Part shown: positions 29,929 through 40,701 of the stretch, piece after piece
Numbering within the stretch: the stretch's first letter is position 1
Layout of the letters: each line of letters opens with the position of its first letter
NCBI GenBank assembly: GCA_965248835.1
Contig: CBDFLJ010000001.1
Span: 1,344,001 to 1,408,000, forward strand
Source: Alphaproteobacteria bacterium
Lineage (GTDB): Bacteria > Pseudomonadota > Alphaproteobacteria > MPNO01
Reading direction: 5' to 3'
DNA: 64,000 bases
Notes under the pieces: model-generated
What the model was told of the DNA's origin: nothing
The model's database searches: none
What the model saw: the letters and a program-made list of their open reading frames with translations, nothing else
Program-made: the position numbers and the translations under genes

Positions 29929-32265
29929 TCACCCGGCCGGTCCGGGCGAGCCTGCCGCACCGATCGTCCGCCACACGGCTTCGGGCGTCGCCGGCATCCC
30001 GAGGTCGCGCACGCCGAGCGGTCGAAGGGCATCGAGGATCGCGTTGATCACCGCAGGCGTCGCTCCGGTGGTTCCGGCCTCTCCCGCGCCCTTGGCGCCG
30101 AGCGGGTTGCCGCCGGTTGGCACGTCATGGGAGGCGACTTCGAAAGAAGGAATATCGTCCGCCCGCGGCATGCAGTAATCGAGGAACGAGGCGGTCAATA
30201 ACTGACCGGAGGCCGAGTCGTGGACCAGCTCCTCCATCAACGCCTGGCCGATGCCTTGCGCTATCCCACCGTGCACCTGCCCCTTGAGCAGCAGCGGGTT
30301 GATCGCCCGGCCGACATCGTCGACGGCGGCGTAGGCGACGATCTCGACCCGACCGGTCTCGGGGTCGACCTCGACCTCGCAGACATGGCAGCCGTTGGGA
30401 AAGTTCTGTTGGCTGGGCGCGAACATGCCGGAGCCTTCGAGGCCGAGACCGAGCTCGGAGGGTAGGCCGATCGGCGCGAACGAGGCCTTGGCGACGTCGG
30501 TAATCGAAATCGATCGATCGGTACCCGCGACCTCGAACCGGCCCTCGCGGAATTCAACATCCTCTTCGGCGGCCTCGAGCAGGTGGGCGGCGAAGCGGCG
30601 CCCCTTGGCGATAACGTCGTCCGCCGCGGCACGGAGCGCCGAGCCGCCGTTCACCATGCTGCGAGAGCCGAACGTGCCCCGCCCAAAAGGCACCCGGTCG
30701 GTATCGCCCTGAACCACCGAGACCGACTCGAAGGGCACGCCGAGCCAGTCGGCCAGCATCTGTGCATACACCGTCTCGTGGCCCTGGCCGTGATTGTGTG
30801 TTCCGGCAATGACGCTGATGCCGCCATGCTGGTCGAACCGCAAATCCATGCGTTCGTTCAACGGCGCGGCAAGCTCGATGAAATAGGAGAAGCCGATCCC
30901 GCGCAGAAGCCCTTGGAGCTCGGCCTCGCCACGCCGCGCCGCAAAACCGTCATAACCGGCGAGCGGCAGCGCCTTCCCGGTCGCGGCGTCGAACTCGCCG
31001 CAGTCATACGTATAGCCGAGTGCGGTCTTGTAGGGCATCTGTTGCGGCCGGATGTAGTTCCGTCGCCGGAGTTCGATCGGATCGACGCCAAGCTCGTCGG
31101 CCGCCTGGTCGATCAACCGCTCGACCAGGAAAATCCCTTCCGGGTGGCCCGCTCCGCGATAGGGCCCGGTCGGCGGCGAATTGGTCAGAATGCCGCGCAC
31201 GGCGATGTCGAAATGCCGGCAATCGTAGACCGATGACAGGATGCCCGACGCGATCACCGGGGGCACGATCGCCGAGTTCGAGAAATAGGCTCCCATGTTG
31301 AAGTCCGCCCGCGCGCGGATCGCGGTGATGCGCCCGTCGCCATCGAGCGCGAGCGTGGCCGTCCAGTCCTGGTCGCGTGCGTCGATATCGGCAAGCAGTC
31401 CTTCGCACCGCGCGGCGATCCACTTGACCGGGCGGCCGGTCTTCCAAGCCGCCCACAGCGCCAGCACTTCCTCGGGGTGGAGGGTCCCCTTCATACCGAA
31501 TCCGCCGCCGACGTCTTGCGCGACCACGCGAAACCGCGCCACCGGTTGACCGAAGATTGCGCCCGCCAACTGCTCGCGCACCCGGTGAGGCATCTGGCTC
31601 GAAAGCCACAGGGTGAAGCGATCGTCGGTCCGGTCGAAGGCGCCGATGGCGCCGCGCGGCTCCATCGGGTTGGCGGTGATCCGATTGTTATGAAGGGTGA
31701 TGGTCGTCGTATGCGCGGCATTTGCCAGCGCCGTGGAAGTCGATGCCGCGTCGCCGAGGACGTGGCGAAAACAGACATTGCCTGGCGCCGCGTCGGCCAG
31801 TACGGGGGCGCCGTCCACGATCGCCCGGGCGATCGATCCAACGGCGGGCAAGGTTTCGTATTCGACGGTAATCAGCTCGGCCGCATCCGCCGCGACAGCA
31901 GGGGTCTCGGCAACGACGATCGCGACCGCCTCACCGACGTAGCAAACGCGATCGGACGCGATCGGCGGCCAGGGCGGGAAGTGTGCGTTCGGCCCACCCC
32001 AGCCCGGCGGGATCGCGAGCGGCGGGATCGCGCCCAACCCGTCAGCCGCGTATTCCGCGCCCGTCAGCACCGAAAGCACGCCCGGCATGGCCTTGGCGGT
32101 GTCCGCATCGATGCTCCCGACGCGGGCATGTGCATGCGGAGAGCGCAGAATGAATGCATGGGCCTGGCGCGGCAGCACGAGGTCGTCGACATAGCGCCCG
32201 GCACCGACCAGAAACCTGCGGTCCTCGCTTCGCGGCACCGATTGTCCAATCCCGAATCTGGCCAT
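29929..32265 (-). CDS. Xanthine dehydrogenase family molybdopterin-binding subunit (form II CoxL-like)
   Basis: IGQSVPRSED, GGGFGMK, PYRGAGHPE, GQGHET, AKGAGEAG. Confidence 0.92.
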   Translation of the reverse strand: MARFGIGQSVPRSEDRRFLVGAGRYVDDLVLPRQAHAFILRSPHAHARVGSIDADTAKAMPGVLSVLTGAEYAADGLGAIPPLAIPPGWGGPNAHFPPWPPIASDRVCYVGEAVAIVVAETPAVAADAAELITVEYETLPAVGSIARAIVDGAPVLADAAPGNVCFRHVLGDAASTSTALANAAHTTTITLHNNRITANPMEPRGAIGAFDRTDDRFTLWLSSQMPHRVREQLAGAIFGQPVARFRVVAQDVGGGFGMKGTLHPEEVLALWAAWKTGRPVKWIAARCEGLLADIDARDQDWTATLALDGDGRITAIRARADFNMGAYFSNSAIVPPVIASGILSSVYDCRHFDIAVRGILTNSPPTGPYRGAGHPEGIFLVERLIDQAADELGVDPIELRRRNYIRPQQMPYKTALGYTYDCGEFDAATGKALPLAGYDGFAARRGEAELQGLLRGIGFSYFIELAAPLNERMDLRFDQHGGISVIAGTHNHGQGHETVYAQMLADWLGVPFESVSVVQGDTDRVPFGRGTFGSRSMVNGGSALRAAADDVIAKGRRFAAHLLEAAEEDVEFREGRFEVAGTDRSISITDVAKASFAPIGLPSELGLGLEGSGMFAPSQQNFPNGCHVCEVEVDPETGRVEIVAYAAVDDVGRAINPLLLKGQVHGGIAQGIGQALMEELVHDSASGQLLTASFLDYCMPRADDIPSFEVASHDVPTGGNPLGAKGAGEAGTTGATPAVINAILDALRPLGVRDLGMPATPEAVWRTIGAAGSPGPAG

Positions 32266-32349
32266 GCGACCCTCTTTCTGTTCGCGGCGAACGGCCGAAA
32301 CGTTGGCGGTCGGGCTCGAGGGCGTCCGTGCGGTCGCCGCGGCGCCGCT

Positions 32350-32844
32350 TCAGTGACCCGGGATCGGCAGAAGCCGTTGCATCTCGCCCACCGGCTCGCC
32401 GGTTTCCATGTCGAGCGCCCGGCGCTGCGGGCCATTTCGCCGCATCACCTCGATGCCGTCCTCACCCCAGCGGTCGCAGTAGAGCTCCACCAGGTGGCCG
32501 TCAGGGTCCTGCACGTAGAGGCTGTTGGTCACGTTGTGCTGAACCGGATCGACCGCGATGCCCGCCGCGGTCAGCTCGGAATAAGCCGCCTGGACCGCCG
32601 CGAAGTCGTCGAGTTGCCAAGCCATATGGACCAGCCCGGGCTGTGCGGGTCCCGGCGCGGGCTCGCTCGCGCGCTCGACCAGCGCCAGGTCATGGTGCTG
32701 CTCGCCGAGGCTGAGGAAGACGATCTTCCCCGCGCTGTGCTCCGCGACCGGCTCGAGGCCCAGCACCTTGCAGTAGAAATTACGCGAAGCCTCGAGGTCG
32801 CTCACGTTCAAGACGATGTGCCCGAGCTTTCGTGCCTTGATCAT
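32350..32844 (-). CDS. VOC family protein (extradiol dioxygenase-like)
   Basis: LGHIVLNVSDL, QHHDLAL, GLVHMAW, SLYVQDPDGHLVELY. Confidence 0.88.
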   Translation of the reverse strand: MIKARKLGHIVLNVSDLEASRNFYCKVLGLEPVAEHSAGKIVFLSLGEQHHDLALVERASEPAPGPAQPGLVHMAWQLDDFAAVQAAYSELTAAGIAVDPVQHNVTNSLYVQDPDGHLVELYCDRWGEDGIEVMRRNGPQRRALDMETGEPVGEMQRLLPIPGH

Positions 32845-32952
32845 GCCGCCCAACCTTCACCTCGCCGATCCCGCTCAATCATACATAACATGGCCGCGGG
32901 TATCGGCTCGAAGGTGAAAGAATGGAAGACAGAAGTTCCGGCGCAGGTCCGA

Positions 32953-33150
32953 GCGTGCCGTCTTGTTGGCCAACGCGACCGTGACCACGTTGACCGCTCG
33001 CCGCTCGGCCAAACGCAACGCCCATGGCGGCGGCGCCTTGCTTCTGGTGAGCACGGTCCGCGCGCCGTGGATCAGAAGGGTTCGGAGATATTTGTCCCCG
33101 CGCTTGGAGATGCCGAGCATGCGCACCCGCCCACCGGTGCCTTTGTGACG
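32953..33150 (-). mobile_element. IS110-family transposase C-terminal fragment
   Basis: TGGRVRMLGISKRGDKYLRTLLIHGAR...VALANKTAR. Confidence 0.88.
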
Positions 33151-33155
33151 GGGCC

Positions 33156-33225
33156 TAGTGCACTGATGCATTGAAGGGATTCACAGGAGGGGTGGGCTGT
33201 GCGAATCTCGCCGGATGGCTCAGTT
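33156..33225 (+). mobile_element. Probable IS630-type left end remnant
   Basis: ctagtgcactgatgcattgaagggattcac...ggATGGCTCAG; starts at a CTAG/TA exactly where the IS110 fragment is cut. Confidence 0.4.
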
Positions 33226-33399
33226 CAACGCGCATTATTCCTCCGCCGTTAACAGCTGCTTGACACCGCCAACCCCTTGTCGATAAATCGCAAGTTCTTC
33301 GATCCGCTCTAACAAATCTCGACCTGTGTGGAGCCGAGCTTGCCCTTGTCGTCGCGGACGGCGACCCGGTGCATCCCCCGGACCTTCTCCCCGGGCATC

Positions 33400-34054
33400 G
33401 CGGCAGGTCGACGTCAAAGACCTTCTTCGCGCCCCCCGGGCGCTTGGTCATCACGATGACACGATCGGAGAGATAGACCGCCTCCTCGATCTGGTGGGTG
33501 ACGAAAAGCACCGTCTTCTTCGCTTCCTGCCAGATCCTCAGCAGCTCCGATTGCATGATGTCGCGGGTTTGAGCGTCGAGGGCGGCAAACGGCTCGTCCA
33601 TCAACAGGACCTCGGGATCGGTCGCCAGCGCCCGTGCCAGCCCGACGCGCTGCTTCATTCCGCCCGACAGCTCATGCGGATAATGGCCTTCGAAACTCGA
33701 CAGCCCGACCATTTCGGCGAGCCCTGCACAAATCCGCCGCCGCGCGGCAGCGCCCACGCCCTTGAGCTCGAGTCCAAGCTCGACATTGTTCATCACCGTG
33801 CGCCACGGAAGCAGGCCGAATTCCTGGAACACCATCGCACGGTCCTGACCGGGGCCGGTGATCCGCTTGCCGTGAATCATCATCTCGCCGGAGCTCGCCG
33901 GAATCAGTCCGAGAAGCACGTTGAGGAACGTGCTCTTGCCGCATCCCGAAGGGCCGACGATGGACACGAACTCGCCTTCACCGACCTCCACGTTCAGGTC
34001 TTGAAGCGCGGTCACCGGCGTCCGATTGGGCGGATTGAAGGTCAGATTCAGGTT
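33400..34054 (-). pseudogene. NitT/TauT ABC ATP-binding protein, truncated and orphaned
   Basis: GPSGCGKS, LSGGMKQR, LLMDEPF, VTH intact; no clear start; similarity ends at FDVDLP; no partner permease. Confidence 0.75.
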
Positions 34055-34294
34055 TGTCGATCGGTCAGGACCTGGGTGAGCGGATGCCGCAACGTCGGCT
34101 TGGCGGCAATATTCGGGACGTTTGGGCGGAACCGTCTTGCGTTGCAGCCTGCGGCCTGCCGGGCGCTTACACGGTGGTTGGCGTATGCGTGCGGCAAGAG
34201 GTGATCGCGGCGTTGGCCGGTCCGTTCCAAGCCGCTTCCACGGTCCCCTGGTCGGCTTTGAGCAGCAATTTGTCGGACCGTCGATCACACGCGG

Positions 34295-35866
34295 CTACGC
34301 CGCGCTCCCCTGCTCCGCCGCCATCGCCTTCAGGGCCAGCTTTTCGATCTTGCCGGGGCCTGTCTTGGGCAGCGCCTCCAGGATGCGGATGATTTTCGGC
34401 TGTTTGTATTTCACCAGATTGGCCTCGGCGTGGTGCCGCAAGGCCTCGACACTGGCCGATTCGCCGGGCTGCAGGGCGACGAAGACGCAGACGGCTTCGC
34501 CGAGGAAATCGTCCGGCATGCCGACCGCGGCGGCTTCGGCGACGGCCGGGTGGCTCGTCATCACCTCGTCGACCTCGCGCGGATAGACGTTGAAGCCGCC
34601 GACCAGGATCATCTCTTTCTTGCGGTCGACCAGGTACAGGTAGCCGTCCTCGTCGAGATAGCCGACGTCGCCGGTGTAGAGCCAGCCGCCGCGGATTGCC
34701 GCGGCAGTCTCTTCCGGCCGGTTGTGGTAGCCGATGGTGAACTGGGGGCCGCGCACCCGGACCTCGCCGCGCGCGCCCACCGGCTGAACCTGCGTCCCGG
34801 TCTCCAGGTCGACGATCTCGACGACGGTCTCGGGCGGCGTCGCGCCGGTCGACAGGCGTTTCTTGGGGCCGTGGGTCGGGTTGAGGGTGACCGGCGCGCC
34901 CTCCGACATGCCGTAGCCTTCCATTATTTCGTTGCCGGTACGCGCCTTCCAACGCTCCAGCAGGTCGGCGGGGAAAGGCGAGCCGCCGCCCACGCTGTAG
35001 CGGAGCGCGCTGAGATCGGCCTCGCCGATCGCGTCCGATCCGAGCAGGCCGAGGAAAATCGCCGCCGGCCCGCCGGCGAAAACGCTGACACGATGCCGGA
35101 CCAGATTCTCGATCACGCGGTCCGGCCGGTATTGCGGCACGATCACCATGGTCGCCCGGATGTAGAGCGGGAAAATCAGGGTGAAACAATGCCCGAAGAC
35201 ATGGAACATCGGCGCGACGTTGAGGAGGATCTCCCGGCCGAAGTCGAAGCGCCACAGGGCGCGGGTCTGCCGGTTGAAGACGTCGAACAGACTGTGGACA
35301 TGCTCGGCGCCCTTGGGCAGGCCGGTCGTGCCGCCGGTGAAGAACATGATGCAGCGGTCCTCCGGGCGCGGCCGGTCGGCCGGCAGCGCCAGAGTCTCGT
35401 CCGCCGCCCAGCCCCAGACGTCGAGAGCGCCCGCGCCGACCGGCAGGATGTCCGGCCCGTCCGCCCCGCCGACCAGCGATCGGATCCGTTCTGCAAGCGG
35501 CGGCGAGCAGGCGATCGCCGCCGGCGCGACATCGGCGATCAGCCTGCCGAGCTCGCGGTCCGTGTAGGCCGGATTGAGCGGCGCGGTCTGGAGGCGGGCC
35601 GCATAGGCGCCCATCACGGCGACCGCCGTCTCGATCCCGTTGCCCATGACCACTGCGATACGGGTGCCCGGCGCATAGTCCCGGGCCAGATGCTGCGCCA
35701 TCCCGGCAGCGGCGCGGCGATACGCGGCGAAGGTGAGCTGCCGGTCCTCGCAGATCAGCGCCGTTCGGTCCGGCTGCAACTCGGCCGCGGCGTCCAGCGC
35801 GTCGATGATCGTGGGATAGTGCGGATCGCTGTCGACATAATCGACTGACGGATGGCCGGGTTTCAC
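34295..35866 (-). CDS. Acyl-CoA synthetase (AMP-forming)
   Basis: FFTGGTTGLPKG, EGYGMSE, WLYTGD, LPKTGPGKI. Confidence 0.92.
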   Translation of the reverse strand: MKPGHPSVDYVDSDPHYPTIIDALDAAAELQPDRTALICEDRQLTFAAYRRAAAGMAQHLARDYAPGTRIAVVMGNGIETAVAVMGAYAARLQTAPLNPAYTDRELGRLIADVAPAAIACSPPLAERIRSLVGGADGPDILPVGAGALDVWGWAADETLALPADRPRPEDRCIMFFTGGTTGLPKGAEHVHSLFDVFNRQTRALWRFDFGREILLNVAPMFHVFGHCFTLIFPLYIRATMVIVPQYRPDRVIENLVRHRVSVFAGGPAAIFLGLLGSDAIGEADLSALRYSVGGGSPFPADLLERWKARTGNEIMEGYGMSEGAPVTLNPTHGPKKRLSTGATPPETVVEIVDLETGTQVQPVGARGEVRVRGPQFTIGYHNRPEETAAAIRGGWLYTGDVGYLDEDGYLYLVDRKKEMILVGGFNVYPREVDEVMTSHPAVAEAAAVGMPDDFLGEAVCVFVALQPGESASVEALRHHAEANLVKYKQPKIIRILEALPKTGPGKIEKLALKAMAAEQGSAA

Positions 35867-36012
35867 CGCGGCATTTTCCCTTTGGTTGGCGTGCGTGCGG
35901 TCCGGCGGCCTCGGCGCTGCCGGGATAGAGGCCCCGGCCCGGCAGCATCGTTATCGAAATCCTCTCCGGCAATTCAGCAACACCGCCCGGGTCCGTCAAG
36001 ACGGGAGAGATC

Positions 36013-36720
36013 CTAAAGGCCGAGATAGGCCTCGCGGACACGGTCGTCCTGCAGCAGGTCCTCGCCCCGCCCGCTCAACACGATGCGGCCGTTCTCCAGC
36101 ACATAGGCGCGCGTCGCCATCCTGAGCGAGAGGGCGACATTCTGCTCGACCAGGATGATCGGCGTGCCGTCGGCGTTGAGACGTTCGACGATGCCGAACA
36201 CCTCCTGGACAAGGGTCGGCGCCAGGCCGAGCGACGGCTCGTCGAACATGATCAGCTCCGGCCGGCCGAGCAGACAGCGGCCGATCGCCAGCATCTGCTG
36301 CTCGCCGCCGGAAAGTGTGCCGGCGTGCTGGCCGGCCCGCTCCCTCAGGATCGGGAATATGGCCAAGACCCGATCCATGGTCTCCGCGAAGTGCTGCCGG
36401 CCGCGTTCGAGATAGGCGCCGACCTCGAGATTCTCGCGAACCGTCAGCCCGGCGAAGATCTGGCGGCCCTCGGCAACCTGCCCGACGCCCAGGTTGCACA
36501 CCCGATGGCTCGGCCATCCGGTAATGTCGACATCCTTGTAGAGGATTCGTCCGGAGTGCGGCTTCTCGATACCGGCGATCGTCCGGATCAGCGAGCTCTT
36601 GCCGGCGCCGTTCGAGCCGACCACCGCAACGATGTCGCCGGCGTCGACCTCCAGCGAAACGTCGTCGAGCGCCTGCGCATCGCCGTAGAACAGGTTCAGG
36701 CCGCTGACGCTCAGGATCAT
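36013..36720 (-). CDS. livF: Branched-chain amino acid ABC ATPase (LivF-like)
   Basis: GSNGAGKS, LSGGEQQML, DEPSLGLAP. Confidence 0.9.
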   Translation of the reverse strand: MILSVSGLNLFYGDAQALDDVSLEVDAGDIVAVVGSNGAGKSSLIRTIAGIEKPHSGRILYKDVDITGWPSHRVCNLGVGQVAEGRQIFAGLTVRENLEVGAYLERGRQHFAETMDRVLAIFPILRERAGQHAGTLSGGEQQMLAIGRCLLGRPELIMFDEPSLGLAPTLVQEVFGIVERLNADGTPIILVEQNVALSLRMATRAYVLENGRIVLSGRGEDLLQDDRVREAYLGL

Positions 36721-37442
36721 GGTTCGTGATCCCCGAGATAGCATTCCAGGACCGCCGGATCGCGGACGATCCGGTCCGGCGCCCCCTCGCTGATCTTCTC
36801 GCCGTGATGCAGCACGGTGATGTGCTCGGAGAGCGCCATCACGGCGCGCATGACATGCTCGATCAGCAGGATCGTCAGCCCGGTGTCGTCGCGCAGCCGG
36901 CGCAGGGTCGCGATCATGCGATCGGTCTCCGACGGCCGCAGGCCAGCCATCACCTCGTCGAGCAGGAGCAGACGCGGGCCGGTCGCCAGCGCCCGGGCGA
37001 CCTCCAGGCGTTTGCGGTCCGGCAACGTCAGGTTGGCGGCGTGCTGGGCGGCCTTGGTATCGAGTTCGAGCAATGCGAGGAAACCGCGCGCTGCGGCCGT
37101 CGCCGCCGCCACGCTATCGGCGCCGTGCAGGGCCGCGACGGTGACGTTTTCCAGCACGGTCATCTGGGCGAACGGCTTGACGATCTGGAAGGTGCGGCCG
37201 ATGCCGGCATGGCAGATCCGATCGGGCCGCTCGCCGGTGATTTCGGCGTCGCCCAGGCGGACCGAGCCGCTGTCCGGCCGGAATACGCCGGCGATCACGT
37301 TGAACAGGGTCGTCTTGCCGGCGCCGTTCGGCCCGATCAGGGCCGCAATGCCGCGTTCGGCCACGTTGAACGAGACGTTGTTCAACGCGAGCAGGCCGCG
37401 AAAGCTCTTGGAGACGCCATCGACCCGGAGCAACGGGGCCAT
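36717..37442 (-). CDS. livG: Branched-chain amino acid ABC ATPase (LivG-like)
   Basis: MAPLLRVDGVSKSF, GPNGAGKTT, GRTFQ, LLLDEVMAGL. Confidence 0.9.
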   Translation of the reverse strand: MAPLLRVDGVSKSFRGLLALNNVSFNVAERGIAALIGPNGAGKTTLFNVIAGVFRPDSGSVRLGDAEITGERPDRICHAGIGRTFQIVKPFAQMTVLENVTVAALHGADSVAAATAAARGFLALLELDTKAAQHAANLTLPDRKRLEVARALATGPRLLLLDEVMAGLRPSETDRMIATLRRLRDDTGLTILLIEHVMRAVMALSEHITVLHHGEKISEGAPDRIVRDPAVLECYLGDHEP

Positions 37443-37447
37443 CCCGC

Positions 37448-38494
37448 TCAACCCTCCGCCTCGGGGCGCGTCAGGCGCAACCGGTCCCTTACCCAGGGCC
37501 AAATTCCCTGCGGCTTGAACAGCACGATCAGGACGACGATGAAGCCCCAGATCAGCAGTTTCAGACCGTCCAGCTTGGTTTTCGGATCGATGACGCGCCA
37601 ATGCTTCAAGAGGTCGATCCCCTCGGTCACGATCTCGCCCAGCGGCGTCAGGATGAAGACGCCGAATATCGGGCCGAACAGGGTCCCGGCGCCGCCGACG
37701 ATGGGGCCCAGCGTGACTTCGATCGAGCGCTCGATGTTGAACACGATCTCGGGGAACAGGCTGTTCTGGTAGAAGGCGTAGAAGACCCCCGCCACGCCCG
37801 CCATCCCCGACGAGATCGTCACGGCGTACATCTTGTAGCGCAGCACATCGACGCCCAGCGCCTCGGCGGCTGCCGCATCGTCGCGGATCGCCTGCCAGTA
37901 ATAGCCGAGCTTGCCGCGCAACAGAAAACGGCACAGGACAAGGGCGCCCAGGGCCAACGCCATGATCAGGTAGTAGTACATCTCCGGCGCGCCGCGGAGA
38001 TTTACCAGATCGATGCCCTGCCGGTCCGCTGCCGACACCTTCAGGAAAAAGCCCTCGGTGGCGCCCAGCCACGGCACATGATCGATCACGATGCGCACGA
38101 ACTCGGCAAAGGCGATCGTGAGCAAGGCGAAATAGACCCCGCCGATGGCGAAGCGGAAACCCAGATAGCCGATCAGCACCCCCATCAGGATCGCCAGGGC
38201 GACCGCCGGCACGACGCCGATGACCGGCGGCAGGCCGATTGCGGCGAACAGATAGGCCGCGGTGTAGGCGCCGATGCCGACGAACAGGGCATGGCCGATC
38301 GAAAGCAGCCCGGCAAAGCCGAGCATCAGGTTCCAGGACTGGCCGATCAGCGCGAGGTAGAAGACGGTCGTGGCGACCGTCATGACGTAGGAACTGCCCC
38401 AGAAGGGCAATAGCAGGAGCAGGAGCAACAGAGCGCCGCCAAGCCAGCATCCGGCCGGCGAGAGCGGGCGAAAGAGAAGGCCCAGCGATTTCAT
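37448..38494 (-). CDS. livM: Branched-chain amino acid ABC permease (LivM-like)
   Basis: SWNLMLGFAGLLSIGHA, AIRDD..AAEALG; start MKSLG. Confidence 0.9.
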   Translation of the reverse strand: MKSLGLLFRPLSPAGCWLGGALLLLLLLLPFWGSSYVMTVATTVFYLALIGQSWNLMLGFAGLLSIGHALFVGIGAYTAAYLFAAIGLPPVIGVVPAVALAILMGVLIGYLGFRFAIGGVYFALLTIAFAEFVRIVIDHVPWLGATEGFFLKVSAADRQGIDLVNLRGAPEMYYYLIMALALGALVLCRFLLRGKLGYYWQAIRDDAAAAEALGVDVLRYKMYAVTISSGMAGVAGVFYAFYQNSLFPEIVFNIERSIEVTLGPIVGGAGTLFGPIFGVFILTPLGEIVTEGIDLLKHWRVIDPKTKLDGLKLLIWGFIVVLIVLFKPQGIWPWVRDRLRLTRPEAEG

Positions 38495-39363
38495 CGGACG
38501 CGTTTGCCCAACAGGCCCTGCGGCCGCAGCAGCAGGACCAGGATCAGCAGTCCGAAGCTGAAGGCGGTTTTCATCGACGGCTGGAACAGGACCGCCGCCA
38601 ACGCCTCGGAGACGCCGATCAGGATGCCGCCGACCAGAGCGCCGAACAGGCTTCCGAGACCGCCGATGATCACGATGACGAAGGCGAGCAGCGTGTAGCC
38701 CGGCGCCAGATAGGGATGCACCTCGATCAACAGCAGGATGATCGCGCCGGCCGCGCCGAGGCAGGCCGCGCCGATGCCGAAGGAAAGCGCATAGAGCCGG
38801 CCGACATTGAGGCCGACGACCTGGGCGCCCATATGGTTGTCGGCGCAGGCGCGGATCGCCTTGCCGGTCGTCGTGTATTTGAAGAAGGCCAGCAGCAGGG
38901 CAGCGACGATCACCGCGGCAATCGCTGCGAACATTTTCGGATAGTCGATAATCAGTTCGCCGACCGCGAAGGAATCCCAGGCGTAATCGACCTGGACGCC
39001 CTGGGCATCGGGCCCGAATATCAACAGCAGTGCGCTGACGATCATGATCGCGATGGCGGCCAGCAGCATAAACTGCATATGCTCCGGCAGATGGGACACC
39101 CGGCTGACGACGAACAGTTGCAGCAGATAGCCGAAGACGAACATCAGGGCGGCCGCCAGCGGCACCGAGAGCAGCGGATCCAGCCCCAGCCAGCGGAACA
39201 TCACCAGCGCGAAGAACATGCCCATGACCATGATCTCGCCATGGGCGAAATTCACGATGCGGATGACGCCGAATATGACCGAAAGGCCGAGGGCGCTGAG
39301 GCCGTAAACGAGGCCGATCAGCAGGCCGCTGACCGCGGCATTGGCTACTGTCCAGAAATCCAA
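38491..39363 (-). CDS. livH: Branched-chain amino acid ABC permease (LivH-like)
   Basis: GLSVIFGVIRIVNFAHGE, GGLGS, LRPQGLLG; probable TTG start. Confidence 0.9.
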   Translation of the reverse strand: MDFWTVANAAVSGLLIGLVYGLSALGLSVIFGVIRIVNFAHGEIMVMGMFFALVMFRWLGLDPLLSVPLAAALMFVFGYLLQLFVVSRVSHLPEHMQFMLLAAIAIMIVSALLLIFGPDAQGVQVDYAWDSFAVGELIIDYPKMFAAIAAVIVAALLLAFFKYTTTGKAIRACADNHMGAQVVGLNVGRLYALSFGIGAACLGAAGAIILLLIEVHPYLAPGYTLLAFVIVIIGGLGSLFGALVGGILIGVSEALAAVLFQPSMKTAFSFGLLILVLLLRPQGLLGKRVR

Positions 39364-39471
39364 GCCTGACTCCCCCGACCGGGCGTTGGGCCAAGCAGGC
39401 CAGGTTTTACCTGCCGATGCGCCGCCGCCCCGCCGGCGCACGCGCCCGGCGGGGACGGCTGCGGCGGCAGG

Positions 39472-40701
39472 TTAGCGTTCGCGCCAGGGGCGCATCGGCC
39501 AGATCGGCTTGGCGACCGCTGCGAACTCCGGCAGCACGACCAGCTGCTTGCCGTCGCGGTTCTGCACCGCGCCGCACGGCACGTGGGGCACCTGGCCTTT
39601 TTCGTTGAACCGGATGCCTTCGCCGATGGTCGTGTTGTTGGTGATGTCGGTCGCGCGCAACGCCGCCTGCAGATCGGTGTTCTTGGTCGACCCGGCGCGC
39701 TTGAACGCGTCGGCAACGATCAGCATCGCATCGAAGGTGTAGCCGTGGTTCGCCGTGATGCCCCGGCCCGGGAACTTCTTCTGATAGACGTCGCGCATCT
39801 TGCGCGCCATTTCCTTCTTGTAGTCGACCCACGGCACGAGGTTGATGACATCGTCGCCGTATTTGCCGGTCGCTTTCATGTAGGCGTCCTCATACCAGCC
39901 CGGCCCGGTGGACAGGATGCCCATCAGGTCGACGCGCTGGCGCACCAGCTCCTTGGTGATGGCGATCGCGTCGTTGAGCCGGCTGACCGCCCACAGCGCG
40001 TCCGGCTTGGCGCCCTTGACCTTGCGCACCTCGGCCGAGAAATCGCGGCCATAGGGATCGTAGGCGATCTTCTCGACAATCTCGTAGGGCATCTTGAATT
40101 TCGGCGTCAGCGCGAACAAGGCGCCGGCAAGGCTGGTGCCGAAGGTGTCGTTGACATGCAGCAACGCCACACGCTTGGGCGTCGCCCCGCCCATATCGAA
40201 CAGCTTTTTCTGGTTCTTGAACGCATCCCCGACGATCATTGGGCCGGTCGGGAAATTGCGGAACACCCACTTGTAACCGAGCTCGGTGAGCTTGGTGACC
40301 GCCGCGATATTGACCACCAGCGGGATGTTCTTCTGCTCGCACACCTGCGCTGCCGCCATGGTCTGGCCGGAATCGAAACAGCCGACGATGACGTGGGCGC
40401 CGGCGTCGATCAGTCTCTCCGCCTGGGCGCGGGCGACATCGACTTTCGTCTCGGTATCGCCCAGCATGAACGCCATCTCGGGATAGCCCATCGCGCTGAG
40501 CACTTCCGGCGCAACATCGGCGCCGCGCTGGCAATCGATTCCGATCTGCGCCTGCGGCCCGGACCGCGGCAGCAGGATGCCGACGTTGATCGTGCCGGCG
40601 GCCCGGCCGTGGCGCAGCGGTACGGCCGCAGCGACAGCGCTCGCGCCGGCGCCCGCCAGAACGGTGCGGCGGCTTACCGCCGAAGTCTTTTGGGTCTTCA
40701 C
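39472..40701 (-). CDS. Branched-chain amino acid ABC substrate-binding protein, Tat signal
   Basis: SRRTVL twin-arginine signal; type I periplasmic binding fold; RBS GAGGA before GTG. Confidence 0.88.
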   Translation of the reverse strand: MKTQKTSAVSRRTVLAGAGASAVAAAVPLRHGRAAGTINVGILLPRSGPQAQIGIDCQRGADVAPEVLSAMGYPEMAFMLGDTETKVDVARAQAERLIDAGAHVIVGCFDSGQTMAAAQVCEQKNIPLVVNIAAVTKLTELGYKWVFRNFPTGPMIVGDAFKNQKKLFDMGGATPKRVALLHVNDTFGTSLAGALFALTPKFKMPYEIVEKIAYDPYGRDFSAEVRKVKGAKPDALWAVSRLNDAIAITKELVRQRVDLMGILSTGPGWYEDAYMKATGKYGDDVINLVPWVDYKKEMARKMRDVYQKKFPGRGITANHGYTFDAMLIVADAFKRAGSTKNTDLQAALRATDITNNTTIGEGIRFNEKGQVPHVPCGAVQNRDGKQLVVLPEFAAVAKPIWPMRPWRER

